Positions 22,832 to 35,300 of a stretch of DNA of 64,000 bases are shown piece after piece. Numbering within the stretch: the stretch's first letter is position 1; the number at the start of each line of letters is the position of its first letter. The DNA is from Octopus vulgaris (taxonomy: Eukaryota). Below the pieces are notes generated by a model. That model did not search any database, had not been told where the DNA came from, and was given only the letters and a program-made list of their open reading frames with translations. The translations under genes and the position numbers were made by a program. The stretch spans positions 21,762,001-21,826,000 of the forward strand of contig OX597837.1 of the NCBI GenBank assembly GCA_951406725.2, read 5' to 3'.

Positions 22832-23448
22832 TTATATATATATGTGTGTATGTATGTATCTATGTATAAGTAGATAAACATATTGAGAGATATTTAGAGG
22901 CAATACAAAACTTCGTCTAAAAAATGTCTGAAGCCTAACTGTGTTTGTCTCCCTTACAATCTTCGTAACAACTCCATAAAAATTGCTACTTTGGCGTGTA
23001 ACCGATAACTTAAAGGGCGATTACTTTTGGTTACCTTTTAGTTGATTTTTCAATTTCTAAAACACATAAGATGTTGGTTAAAGATTTTTACAATGTGATC
23101 AACGACGAGACGAAGGCATGTCATCATTGTGGTGGAGAAACCCGAAGGAAAGGGGAAAAACGGTGGCATTTTGCCGACTTCAAATAGTACGTATTTCGAA
23201 AAAAAAGTTAATAATGCTAAGCATGTGCAAAAGAATTTATTAAAAAATTGAATAGCAATTTGATGAAGATGAAATACAAATTTGAATAATTTTATCGATG
23301 AATTGAACAAACATCTGCCAGATACGCAAGAGAAAGGTTTTCAGCACCCTTCCTCATCATATGCATAAGAGAAAATTTTTTTTCTCCACAGTAACTGCAG
23401 TGGATTTGTCATTAGAAGTATGTCACAAATATATATATATATATATAT

Positions 23449-23853
23449 TTTACTCTTTTACTTGTTTCAGTCATTTGACTGCGGCCATGCTGGAGCACCG
23501 CCTTTAATCGAGCAACTCGACCCCGGGACTTATTCTTTTGTAAGCCCAGTACTTATTCTATCGGTGTCTTTTTTGCCGAACCGCTAAGTAACGGGGACAT
23601 AAACACACCAGCATCGGTTGTCAAGCAATGCTAGGGGGACAATCACAGACACACAAACACACACACGCATATATATATATATACATATATACGACGGGCT
23701 TCTTTCAGTTTCCGTCCACCAAATCCACTCACAAGGCTTTGGTCGGCCCGAGGCTATAGTAGAAGACACTTGCCCAAGGTGCCACGCAGTGGGACTGAAC
23801 CCGGAACCATGTGGTTGGTAAACAAGCTACTTACCACACAGCCACTCCTGCGC
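23449..23853 (-). mobile_element. tRNA-derived SINE family A, full length (others ~663-1046, 28015-28422, 29303-29706, 36604-37030, 48292-48672 minus; 40163-40612, 42895-43480 plus; many fragments)
   Basis: Pol III A/B-box head (TGGCTGTGTGGT...GGTTCAGTCCC), central (TA)/(TG) tract, tail ...ATGACTGAAACAAGTAAAAGAG; many near-identical copies. Confidence 0.9.
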
Positions 23854-24339
23854 TTATATATATATATATTGTGTGCAAAGAAGTTTGCTTCTTAGCCATA
23901 TGGTTTCAGTGCATGGTACCTTGAGAAGGTGTCTCCTACTATAGCCTTAGGCTGACTAAAGCATTGAGTGTGGATTTAGTAGATGAAAACTGAAAGAAGC
24001 TCATTGTGTGATGAGTGTATGTATCATATTGCCTTGACATCATGTGTAAATTGCAAATAAATGTTAAGCCTCATACAAACAGTGTCAATTCTTTGATTTG
24101 CAATCTTCCACTAAAACATGTCTGGCTATTGTCCTGTTTTGTTGGGGAGACCAGGAGAACGATTAGTTTGCTTGGAAACAGGTGAGGATTGGTGACAGGA
24201 AGAGTATCCGGCTGGAGTAAATCTGCTTCCTGAAATTTCATTTAACTCATGCAAGCACATGGAAAGGTGAACAATAACGTACGACGAAAGATAAAACAAA
24301 TACACAAATAAATAATGGCAACAACATAAACTGTATAAT

Positions 24340-24405
24340 TTAAAAATAAACAAAACCAAGCTAAAACGTGGTGTCATTAATTTTTATTTATTATTTAATT
24401 TCATA
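24340..24405 (-). terminator. Candidate polyadenylation signal for a long PRRT-like 3' UTR
   Basis: Minus strand AATAAATAAAAA followed ~20 nt later by U/GU-rich ttttagcttggttttgtttattttt; such motifs are common in AT-rich DNA. Confidence 0.25.
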
Positions 24406-26209
24406 TATTTCTTTATCAATATGTTAAGTTTTAAAAATTTTTGATTAAAAAAGTTTTTTTTTGTTTTTCAATATTTAATTTATTTTTCAGCATTCAAATA
24501 TAACTGTAAAACATGACTACAAGCTTCCTTCTTTCTCAATATATATATCAAATCTCTATGATGAACGGCAAGCCGCTGTTAGTCATGCAAATGTCTGTGT
24601 GTGTGTATTTCTGTTTGTGTTTGGACTATGTATCACTTCAATGGAGGGGGGTCATACAATGAGCAAGATTCAGAGATTAGGAATCTTAGCAGTTCAGTCT
24701 ATGTATTGTCAGGTTTGGTAATTTTACCAGTTTAAAGTAGTCCGTTCTTCCGGAGGTTGGATTAGGTGGGTTGAGTTGGAAGGTGGGTGGTCGGTTGAGG
24801 GATGATGTTCCAAAAGAAATGTCCTGTTGCTAGTAACATACTGTATGCAATAGATACAGGCGAAAAACAGCTACATGCAACTACTACAACAACTACTAAT
24901 AATATGATTAGTATTTATAATAGTAGTAGTAGTAATAATAATGACTATAATGGAGAAATTTCTGTATTATAAAAAAGAGGATGTGTTGATGCTCATGCCT
25001 TTCACAACATCAGAATGAAACGAGTTGAAGATGGCCTCAATTGAGAATAAAATCTAAAATGTGTTACACTTTTTTCATTCATGAGAATTTCCTTCTTATA
25101 TTGCTAGCCAATATTTTTCTTGGATTTACAAAAAAAAAGTCCAAATATGAAAAGAGAATGTCATGGAGATTGTGGGATGCTCATGTTCTTCTCAATAGTA
25201 ATAATTTTAAACAGACGCACAAGGCCCATACATTTTGGAAGAAGAATATAATTGATTGGATTGAATCCCCCTATACATAACCGATACCTTTATTTTATTA
25301 ATCCTGGAATGAAGAAAAAAAAGGTAAAGGAAAAATGGGGAAAAAAATGAGAAAAAAAGGCAAAGATAACATCCAGGATTTGAACTCAAAACATAAAGAA
25401 ATGCAACTTAATGTTGGTTTCAAATTTTGGCAAAAGGCCAGCAGTTTCAGAGTAAGGGGCTAGTTGATGACATTGACTCCAGTATTAAACTGGTACTTAT
25501 TCTATCAACCTTGAAAGGATAAAAGGTAAAGTTGACCTTGGTGGGATTTGAACTCAGAACTTAAAGATGGATGAAATGCTGCTAAGCATTTTGCCTGGCG
25601 TGCTAACAATTCTGCCAGCTTGCCTCCTTAGAGATGCAACTAAATATCGCAAGGTATTTTCTCTGCTGCTCTACCGATTCTCTCGATCCACTACCCTCTC
25701 AATAACAACAATTTATTTTGATTAAACACAAGGTTGATTTATTTTTTTTTTAATGAGGTGGAGAATGTAAATATTTAAATAAAATCATTTTCATTCAACT
25801 GGTTTTGATCCAACTCTGGATCAGGCCACAGCATGTACTGACATACTGGTTGTATGCCTACCTGTCCATGCTGGCCATTTGTGAGATGTATGGGTTGTTC
25901 CATGGTCAGTAAATTACAAGTACAATACTTCAGTGATCTTAGGGGAACGAAAGAGACATATCAGACCAGAGACCATAAGTTTCACACAGTTCCACTCAAC
26001 ATTGCCTCTGTCATACCAACACTCAGGTTTGTAGGGAAGGGAGAGTCAATAAAATCTAACCGTAGGTCATTTTTTAAATTTATTTATTGACTATCTTCTC
26101 CAGAAGAAGACAAAGCAAATTCAAACCTGGTGAGGTTTGATGTCAGAACATAAAACAACAGAAGTAAATAATGCAAGACATCCTTGGCTATTTCTTCCAC
26201 CTCAAAATC

Positions 26210-26242
<33 letters not shown>

Positions 26243-27208
26243 TATCCTTTCTACTGAAGGCACAAGGCCTGAAATTTAGTAGGTAGGGGACTAGTCAATA
26301 ACATCGATCCCCAGTGTTTCACTGGTACTTAATTTATTGACCCTGAAAGGATGAAAGGCAAAGTCAACCTCGGTGGAATTTGAACTCAGAACATAGCGAC
26401 GGACGAAATACTGCTAAGCATTTTGTTCAGCATATTAAGGATTCTGTCAGCTTACCACTTCAAATAATAATAATAATGATTTCAAATTGTGGCACAAGGC
26501 CAGCAAGTTAAGGAGAGGGGATAAGTTGATTACATTGACCCCAGAGTTCAACTGATACTTATTTTAATGACCTTGAAAGGATGAAAGGTAAAGTCAACCA
26601 TGGCGGAATTTGAACTCAGAATGTACAGATGAAATGTTGCTAAGCATTTTACCTGGCACGGTAACAATTCTGCCAATTCACTGCCTTAATAATAATAATA
26701 ATAATAATAATAACAATGATGATGATGATAGTACAGGCAAACATGGTCAATATTTTTGGGGGTAAGATACAGCTTCTCTGCAGTTTAACAGCCATCCAAA
26801 ATCCAAAAATGAATGTGTTTAAATATTTACAATAAAAGTACCATTCAAATAAATATATTACTTGATAAAGTAAATACAGGTGTGTGAGCATTCGCGTGCA
26901 TGTTCCATGTGTGTGTGTGTGTGTGCATGTGTGTGTATATTGTTGATGTCATAGTAATTTTATAAACTTTCAAGAGAATGTGAAATATTTCTTTTTTGGA
27001 ATAGGTATTTTGAAACACATACATAAAGCTATGACTAAGAGCATGGTTGAAAAACACTTTTGGACAGAAAAATTCAAAGATGTGGGTTCACATTCAATGG
27101 ACAGCCTTCAATGTTTCTATCAAAAAGGGATTTTCAACCCCATATTTACATTCTATTATTTATAGCTTTATATGTGTTTTTTTGAGATATACTATTCCAA
27201 AAAAGAAA

Positions 27209-27425
27209 TTATTTAAAAGCAGCAGAAATTCAACAAAACCTGTTACTCGGAGTTTCACGCTCCCGTTCGTCGGACAGTTTTGTTGTCCGATGAACGGGAA
27301 CGTGAAACTCCGAGTAACAGGTTTTGTTGAATTTCTGCTGCTTTTAAATAAAGCATATTACTCTACCCCTGGTATTTGAGTACTCTTTTTTCCACCTTGT
27401 TTCACATTTATGTGTTTACTCCGGT
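27209..27425. mobile_element. Second Penelope-like inverted pseudo-LTR hairpin (27209-27351) with hammerhead motifs on both strands
   Basis: Plus strand UUGU-CCGAUGA-ACG(GGAA)CGU-GAAA-CUC(C)GAG-UA-ACAG (27283-27320); the tail is the reverse complement of 19795-19870. Confidence 0.75.
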
Positions 27426-30178
27426 ATATATATACACACACACACACACACATATTCATGCTTTTGTTTGTTGTTTAACAAGACAACCAATGGTTTCATG
27501 TGAAGAAATCTTCACAATTGTTCAAACATACCATATGGAAGTATAGGTACTCCCCTCCATTTTGGATGAGAATATATATATATATCTGTAGACACATATG
27601 CATACACAAATACATACACACAAGTGTGTGTGCACCCACACACAGACGTATGAATAAGGAAGTAAATGAAGGCTAACAAAACTGCCAACCCATACAAATT
27701 TTATAATTCCCTTCGTTACTGAGAGAATTTTACCATTTCTCCATCTGCAGACATTAGGACATTAGCATATTTTTATTTTCACATTTTTATTTTTAAAGTC
27801 AAATATTGCAATTGTATTAGTTCCAAATTTTGGCATAAGGCCAGCAAGTGTGGGGGAAAGGGTAAGTCGATTACATCGACCCCCAGTTTTTAGCTGGTAT
27901 ATATTTTATCAACCCTGAAAGGCAAAGTAGGCCTCAATGGTTTTTGAACTCAGAACGAAAAGCCAGATGAAATGCCACTAAGCATTTTGCCTGGTGTCTC
28001 TTTTTATTTCTCTTTTATCTCTTTTACTCGTTTCAGTCATTTGACTGCAGCCATGCTGGAGCACTGCCTTTAATCGAGCAACTCGACCCCGGGACTTATT
28101 CTTTTTGTAAGCCCAGTACTTATTCTATCGGTCTCTTTTTGCCGAACCGCTAAGTAACGGGGACATAAACACACCAGCATCGGTTGTCAAGCAATGCTAG
28201 GGGGACAAACACAGACACACAAACACACACACGCATATATATATATATATATATATATACGACGGGCTTCTTTCAGTTTCCGTCTACCAAATCCACTCAC
28301 AAGGCTTTGGTCAGCCCGAGGCTATAGTAGAAGACACTTGCCCAAGGTGCCACGCAGTGGGACTGAATCCGGAACCATGTGGTTGGTAAACAAGCTACTT
28401 ACCACACAGCCACTCCTGCGCCTCTGCCAGCTTGATGCCTTGGAACATTGCAATCATATTAAAGCTCCATGTTCTGCAGAACTGTCATGGACAATGTTTA
28501 TCAACCACTATCATCAATATGGGCGAGGCCTCTAAATGGTCATTTAAGCTACTAGAAATAGCAGCCAAATCTCCCTCAAGTCACACCCCGCCATCATAAA
28601 ACAAAGCTGCACACATTGAATAACAGTATACCATGTCTGAAAATAAGACAGAATGGTCATAGATGGAGTATCTTTTATTCTGGAACAGCTCTGGTCAATA
28701 GACCTATAATTAAATAAATTCCAGCTATGAGTACAGTCTACCTAAGACTACATTAATCAATGCAGAATGTATGATGTTGTTCAAAGGAGACTTTTGGAAA
28801 TGGATCAGGGGCTGCCCCACACTATGCCATATGCATCAATGTACACTAACTTACTACCCCAACACCCTTGCACACACCACAACTAGCACCCCACCATGAC
28901 TATCACAGATTAGATTAGGAACCATTGAAGGTTGAAGGTATAAACCAAAGTTTGGTTCAACTTTTAAAGTAATAGAGTGGAGGTGATATTAAAATTGCAC
29001 TGATCATTTGTGTGTGTATATATGTACACAACCAGGTATACATACAAACACATATATGCACTCATCAACAAATATACAACAGGATTGAAGGAAAACATCT
29101 TGTGCATACAAACATTCTGTATATATCTTTTATCTTTTACTTGTTTCAGTCATTTGACTGCAGCCATACTGGAGCAATACCATGAGGAATTTTTATTTTT
29201 AGTTGGTTGAATCAACCCCAGTACTTATTCTATCAGTCTCTTTTGCTGAACCACTAAGTTATAGGGATATAAACAGACACAAACACACATATAATATATA
29301 TACTCTTTTACTTGTTTCAGTCATTTGACTGTGGCCATGCTGGAGTACAGCCTTTAGTCGAGCAAATTGACCCCAGGACTCATTCTTTGGAAGCCTAGTA
29401 CTTATTCTATTGGTCTTTTTTTTTTGCCAAACCGCTAAATTACGGGGATGTAAACACACCAGCATTGGTTGTCAAGCAATGTTGGGTGGACAGACACACA
29501 AACATACATACATATATATGTATATATATATATATATATATATGATGGGCTTCTTTCAGTTTCCGTTTACCAAATCCACTCACAAGGCTTTGGCTGGCCC
29601 GAGGCTATAGCAGAAGACACTTGCCCAAGGTGCCATGCAGTGGGAATGAACCCGGAACCATGTAGTTGGTAAGCAAGCTACTTACCACACAGCCACTCCT
29701 GCACCTATATATGTATATATATATGATGGGCTATTTCAGTTTCTTTCTGCCTACCAAATCAACTCACAAAGCTTTGGTCGGCCTGAGGCTATAGCAGAAC
29801 TATAGAAGATACTTGCCCAAGATGACATGCAGTGGGACTGAACCTGGAACCATGTAGTTGGGAAGCAAACTTTTTACTGCATAGCCATACTTACCTATAC
29901 ATGTGCATGTGTACATATACATGTATGTGTATGCACACACACACACATGTATATGTATCTCTCTATATATGTATGTGTGTGTGCACTCACACACACACAT
30001 ATTATATAATGTGCTTTATCATAGAAATTAGGGCTCAATACCCAAAACACATTTGACCCTCACATTCCAATCTGATATTTTTTGATTTTTTAAAAGGACT
30101 TTTATTTTTGGATGGAATATTGAATTTTTTCCTTCCTTTTGTGCAACTGTCAAATTTAGCCCAAACATCCTCTGTGTG

Positions 30179-30225
<47 letters not shown>

Positions 30226-30299
30226 GCATACACACATAGACATCCACCCGTATACATATACATGCACATACACTGCACAAATGCTATTGATGATTTCTT

Positions 30300-30448
30300 T
30301 TCCTTCTTTGGACCTTTCCCTTTTTCCTTTCTGATGAAGATCTATGCTCGAAATGTCAAAAACTCTCTCTTTTTACCAAGAGTCAAACCATTACATTTCT
30401 TATGCTTCTCCTCTTGTTGTTTGTTATTGCTAATTTTGTTTATTTGAC
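30300..30448 (+). mobile_element. Degenerate Penelope-like terminus with hammerhead remnant (30328-30360)
   Basis: ttt-CTGATGA-a-gatc-tat-gctc-GAAA-tgtc-aaa; flanks related to 58965-59160. Confidence 0.5.
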
Positions 30449-31547
30449 TTCACACACACAGAGGCACCCATACATTCTGTACCTACATATTTGTGTAATT
30501 AGAGGCTGAGACCATGAATTCTAAAAATACTTAGGTGCTGACCACATATGGATGCGGCCCTATATAACATCACATAGAATGAATGCCAAGATGAATGAAA
30601 AAGCATTGTTCATAGAAGGCTTTGAAGATGGGGATTACAACCAATATAAATTTGTGGGCATGTTTGTGAGTGTATGCAGGTCTGTATGTGTGCATCCAAG
30701 TGCATGTGTATACGTGTACTTCCGATGGTCACACGCATGTGTGATTTCTTTATGTGTACATAGTTCAATGATTAAAAAGTTTGTTTTTCAATCATGAAGT
30801 TTCAGGTTCAATACCACCGTGCAGCACAAGTTTCTTCCAGGGCCTCGAGTCAACCCAAGTCTTGTGAATAAAATGACTAGGTATAATGGAGACTGTATGT
30901 GTGAAACTTTGGTAAATGGACTGACTGGACTGGACTGGTAACTAAAAAAGGGGTCAATCATGCTACATGTCATGCAACCCTTAAATTGTCTGAGGATTAA
31001 ATTAATGGGACAAATGTCTGTGGAATACTCAGCCACTAACACCATAATTCAGTGAATAGGTAGTTTCACTGATTAAACAACTGGAATAACCCCACAGAAA
31101 TCAATGGGAATCCATTTACTTATATTACATATATGTATATATATCTACATATGAAAGAGTGAGTGAGTTTGTGTGAATGTGTGCACACATGCACATGTAA
31201 TTATATTTTTAAAAAAACTCTCAGTTCTTGAAAAATCTCAACCATACACGAAACTTCATAATGTAATCTGTCTTTTTCATTGAATTTAAAAAAAAAAAAA
31301 TTATTCACAGCCATCATAGTTTATCTTTTCTTTCCACTTTCTTTCTTGTTTCTCTCATTAACTCCTTCTCCCCCCCCCCCCCCGACCACCACTCTCTCTT
31401 TTTCAGTCACTATAACCACAAACATCACCTTCCTCTTTCTCAAACGATTTATTTTTACCTTGTTTCATTTGTACATCACCATCATCATCATCATCATCGC
31501 TTTATTATTATTGTTATTGTTGTTGTTTTATGAAAAGAAAAAAAAGT

Positions 31548-34500
31548 CTAAACGTTCGTGATTTGGGGATTTGAGTTATGAAAGGGGTAGCTGGTTAAAT
31601 TTAGATTATCGTTCCGACTACAGTCTGTCGTGTTTAAACTGTCATCAGGTTCCTCCGTCAGAAAGAAGGAAGGTATTTGCTTGGAGAGGTCATCACCGGT
31701 TTCCATGCCGTCAGCATTGTCATCAGCCTGAAAGACAGAATTCTCACTAGACGTGTCCTCGTTAATTGCTAGAACGTCAGCAGATGTGACGCTAGAAAGA
31801 GACCTGTGACTTGAGTGGTGAAAAAAATGCTCCAGTTCCTTGTCGATGCTGCTGGCCAAACTCAGTGATGGCGCCTTAAATGTAAGTTCACTTCCGGCAG
31901 TACTCACACGATTGAATTGGGATGATGACGGAGAGGTCGAGGAGGACAAACACTCTGGAGATGAGCCACTACCAAGAAGGGCATCCTTTGACTGGAAGCC
32001 GTTGTTTTGGTGGCACTTGCTGCTGTTACTGTTGCTCCACTGAAGAGTTTTGGGAACTTTGGGAATTGAGACAGGTATTGGTGCTACAGCATGCATTCTT
32101 GGTACTCTTGGGCTTTGACGCAACTCTTCCAGCTCTTCATCAGTACGGAAACGGACAAAACCGTTTTGAACAATAAGCATCGAGTCAGGCTCGTCCAATG
32201 CTAAGTTTTCACTTTCTTGACTCAGAGAAATTGTTAACGGAATTATTTCATAACCAGCAGCTTTGATTTCTTTGCGCCGTGTATCTTTTGAAATTCCAAT
32301 GCTACTGATGTTTTCGTCCATGTTGGTCCAGCTGATGTCTTTATGAGAATTCCACATGTTTTCCTTGCGACACAACCATGTGTAAGACGAACAGTAAAAC
32401 CAAGGGTCGCAGCCATATTTGCTACGATGCTTAAAGGGAAGCGTGCTTATATAAGTAGTTATTATACAAAACAAGAATTCAAAGAAACGAACAGCAGTTT
32501 GATAACCCCACCAGGGCCAAGCTCTTGGAAGTTCATTTGGGAAAATGCCCAAGAAATACAGAGCTGAATATACTTGTAGACATGTACAAAATGTACCAAT
32601 AATGGAACTAAAAAGAGCAACAGTTACACCAAGGCAGAGGGTGAGTCGTTCCTTGTATATTGTATAGTTGTCCATGTGGATTTTGGCTTCACGGAGTTGA
32701 AGCAAGAGTTTTTGTCTTTTCTCAGCAGCAAAATGCAATCTTTTGTAAACATATATGTAACCCAAGAAAAGAGAAAGACCCCAGAGCACAAAGAATATTT
32801 GGCAGACAAACAGAAAAATGTTGACAGAAAGGGACAGTCCAATGAGTATTGCAGCAGTGATGGGCAGGATAAAATGAACGACTATAATAGTAATTAATAA
32901 GGGCAAACACTGGAATTTGGATGACAAATAATAAACTTTGGCAGTTTTAAGGAAGGCATAAAAGATTAATGCAAATGCTGATGTAAGGCAAGGAAATGCC
33001 AAGTAAAATAAGAGGAATCCAATGAGATAATGGTATGTGTGGTCTGAGTTGTAACCATCAACCAGCAAGAACAGAGCTCTTAACAGACAAAATGTAAAGA
33101 GGAGCAGATTTACTGCCACAAAGTAGTAGTTGCTTAGTAAGTGTATAGTATATCGCAGTCGCAGTAGACAGATCAACAGATAAATGGCAAGAAGAGCAAA
33201 CAGAGAACCGAAAGTATAAATGTGAACGTGCCAAGCCGCTTTCCACTCCTGCTTTGCTGCTTTCCAATCTGGGACAATTAAGTAAGAGTTTTGAGTGCCC
33301 TTACGTTCTTTTACACTGAAGTTTGTAGTAGAAGGGTCAGACGTCGAAGTTTGTAGTGGCTTGAATATTGTTGCGATTGTTGTTGTAAAGGTATTGGATT
33401 TGGTTTCTAATGTGCTTTTAGTCCAGCCAGCCGTAGGTGAAGCTGGTGCCTTACTTTCAACAGAGGCCCCGTTTGTGCTGACAACAAATTTGTATTTAGA
33501 ACTTGGAAATGTCTGACTAAAAGTAGTTGAATTAAAACCAGTATTTGGTGTTGGTTGCAGCAGTGTAAATAATTGACTGCTGGAAACTGTATTTGGGTGA
33601 AGAGTAAAAGATTTGTATAGACTGTTAGTGGGAGGAAGAGAAGATTTAGACACAACTGTAGTTTCTTCATTGACAGGTTTTGTCAGTAGTCTTGAATTAT
33701 TATTGCTGGAAAGTGTTTTTGTTGTTGAATCAAGTTTGATGGTCTTTGAAGATAAATTTGGATTGTGGACTGTGGTTGTCTGAACTGGCAAGGAACTCTG
33801 TTTGGTGTCTAAGGTAGCCAATAAAGAATTGTTCAACAGTAGAACAATGTTTGAAGTTGACAGTGATGCAGTGCGCAGCTGATTACTTAGAAGTGATACA
33901 TTCTTCTTTGACCGTCTATTTGTCGGGGCATAAGTTGGGGTCAAGTGAAGAGAGTTTTCAATTTTGGGTTGAGTGTTGGTATCAGTTGAGTCGTTCTTCA
34001 GTTGTAAGGTTATAAATGGTGTTGGCATTTTGGTCATTAGAGGCCCTTCGCTACCAGAATGCAAAAGATGTGAAGTTAATCCACTAGGTTCAAACTTGGA
34101 ACTAGTTACAGGGTGAATATTTGTGGAAGTGGTGACTGTATTTAATGGTAAGGAATTATAAATGGGAGTCACCATTGCCATTGAAGGTTTACTTTGAGGA
34201 GCTGATGATGTTGATTGAACAAACAAAGAAGTTGAAGCTGTTTTGTGACTGGAAGACAAAAGAATAGCTTCTGATTTTGAAGCTGTGATGGAACTCTGGG
34301 GTAATGGAATTGATGAAGAAACAATCTTTGGCAATGAAGAGAAAGCTGTTGGCTGGTGTGTTTTGTAAGGAATACTTTTAGTGTCAACATCTGTAATCAT
34401 TGTAGTTTTAATAAAACTCGTGGTTGGTGTTGGTGTTATCTTATCACGAGGATTATGGACGAAGGATGCAGCTGCAGTTGGCTTTATATTCTTAGATCGA

Positions 34501-35300
34501 GATGAGGTTGCTGCTGTTGGATTTATAACCTTGGATCGTGGATTATAGATTAATGAAGCAGCGGCTGTTGGCTGTATAATCTTAGAACGGGGCTTACGAA
34601 CATAAGAGGCAGCAGCTATTGTTGGTCTTGTAGTCTTACGCCGCCGATTACGGCTTGAGGAAGCAGCAGTTTCTGTTTGTTTTTTAGTCTTACGCCGTGG
34701 ATTATGGCTGGAAGAAGCAGCAGTTTTTGTTGGTTTAGTAATTTTCGGAGTTGGATTGGGGAGACTGTTGTTAGTGGATAGAGTATTGTTGGAGGAAACA
34801 TTTTGTTCTTCAGCAGATTTCCTTTTTGCCCTCTTCTTGGCTTGAGTTCGTAAACTGCCTGCAGACCGCTTAAAACGTCCCAAATGCAACTGCGGAGAAT
34901 AACCATCAATTGGTTGTTGTGTGTTGGAAACTGAATCGTGGCAGTTATATTTTATGCTTCTGATTGGTAGATTTTTGGTAGAGAATAATTTGTAAAGGAT
35001 GTTTCTATATCTACATTTTAACTCTGCAGCAGACATGTGTGAGATTTTAAACTCTTGTTTTTTAAGCCGTCCAATTTTTCTGTTGGAGCCTAAAGGTGAG
35101 ATCTCTAAATTCGTCCGAGTTCTCTTGACTGGAATATGCATTAAGCCATGAGACTGAATGAATGTCTTAGAGGCTGGGACATATTTTAATAATATTGTAT
35201 CGTTGGAATAACCAGCAACTGTGGGTATGTACAATAGTAAAGATTGTAATATGCAAGCAAGAATTAACCAGGAAAGAGATATCTGCAAAATAGTTTCCAT
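31548..35300 (-). CDS. Proline-rich transmembrane protein 3/4 (PRRT3/PRRT4)-like orphan 7TM protein, 1250 aa, single coding exon
   Basis: 3.75-kb uninterrupted ORF. First ATG at 35300 (aacATGg) opens a signal peptide (METILQISLSWLILACILQSLLLYIPTVAG), then RFKR furin-type site, long S/T/P stalk, seven hydrophobic helices (WKAAWHVHIYTFGSLF ... RALFLLVDGY ... LAFPCLTSAF ... WPWWGYQTAVRFFE) and a cytoplasmic PSLSLASSIDKEL motif, as recalled for the PRRT3/4 family. Confidence 0.85.
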   Translation of the reverse strand: METILQISLSWLILACILQSLLLYIPTVAGYSNDTILLKYVPASKTFIQSHGLMHIPVKRTRTNLEISPLGSNRKIGRLKKQEFKISHMSAAELKCRYRNILYKLFSTKNLPIRSIKYNCHDSVSNTQQPIDGYSPQLHLGRFKRSAGSLRTQAKKRAKRKSAEEQNVSSNNTLSTNNSLPNPTPKITKPTKTAASSSHNPRRKTKKQTETAASSSRNRRRKTTRPTIAAASYVRKPRSKIIQPTAAASLIYNPRSKVINPTAATSSRSKNIKPTAAASFVHNPRDKITPTPTTSFIKTTMITDVDTKSIPYKTHQPTAFSSLPKIVSSSIPLPQSSITASKSEAILLSSSHKTASTSLFVQSTSSAPQSKPSMAMVTPIYNSLPLNTVTTSTNIHPVTSSKFEPSGLTSHLLHSGSEGPLMTKMPTPFITLQLKNDSTDTNTQPKIENSLHLTPTYAPTNRRSKKNVSLLSNQLRTASLSTSNIVLLLNNSLLATLDTKQSSLPVQTTTVHNPNLSSKTIKLDSTTKTLSSNNNSRLLTKPVNEETTVVSKSSLPPTNSLYKSFTLHPNTVSSSQLFTLLQPTPNTGFNSTTFSQTFPSSKYKFVVSTNGASVESKAPASPTAGWTKSTLETKSNTFTTTIATIFKPLQTSTSDPSTTNFSVKERKGTQNSYLIVPDWKAAKQEWKAAWHVHIYTFGSLFALLAIYLLICLLRLRYTIHLLSNYYFVAVNLLLFTFCLLRALFLLVDGYNSDHTYHYLIGFLLFYLAFPCLTSAFALIFYAFLKTAKVYYLSSKFQCLPLLITIIVVHFILPITAAILIGLSLSVNIFLFVCQIFFVLWGLSLFLGYIYVYKRLHFAAEKRQKLLLQLREAKIHMDNYTIYKERLTLCLGVTVALFSSIIGTFCTCLQVYSALYFLGIFPNELPRAWPWWGYQTAVRFFEFLFCIITTYISTLPFKHRSKYGCDPWFYCSSYTWLCRKENMWNSHKDISWTNMDENISSIGISKDTRRKEIKAAGYEIIPLTISLSQESENLALDEPDSMLIVQNGFVRFRTDEELEELRQSPRVPRMHAVAPIPVSIPKVPKTLQWSNSNSSKCHQNNGFQSKDALLGSGSSPECLSSSTSPSSSQFNRVSTAGSELTFKAPSLSLASSIDKELEHFFHHSSHRSLSSVTSADVLAINEDTSSENSVFQADDNADGMETGDDLSKQIPSFFLTEEPDDSLNTTDCSRNDNLNLTSYPFHNSNPQITNV

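Noticed and set aside
23095-23330. CxxC (CHHCGG) segment as a possible Merlin zinc ribbon
   Set aside because: Multiple stops, wrong side of the DDE fragment, similarity too weak.
25790-26090. Unique-looking sequence with a 78-aa ORF
   Set aside because: No recognisable motif or convincing splice pair; more likely UTR or intergenic.
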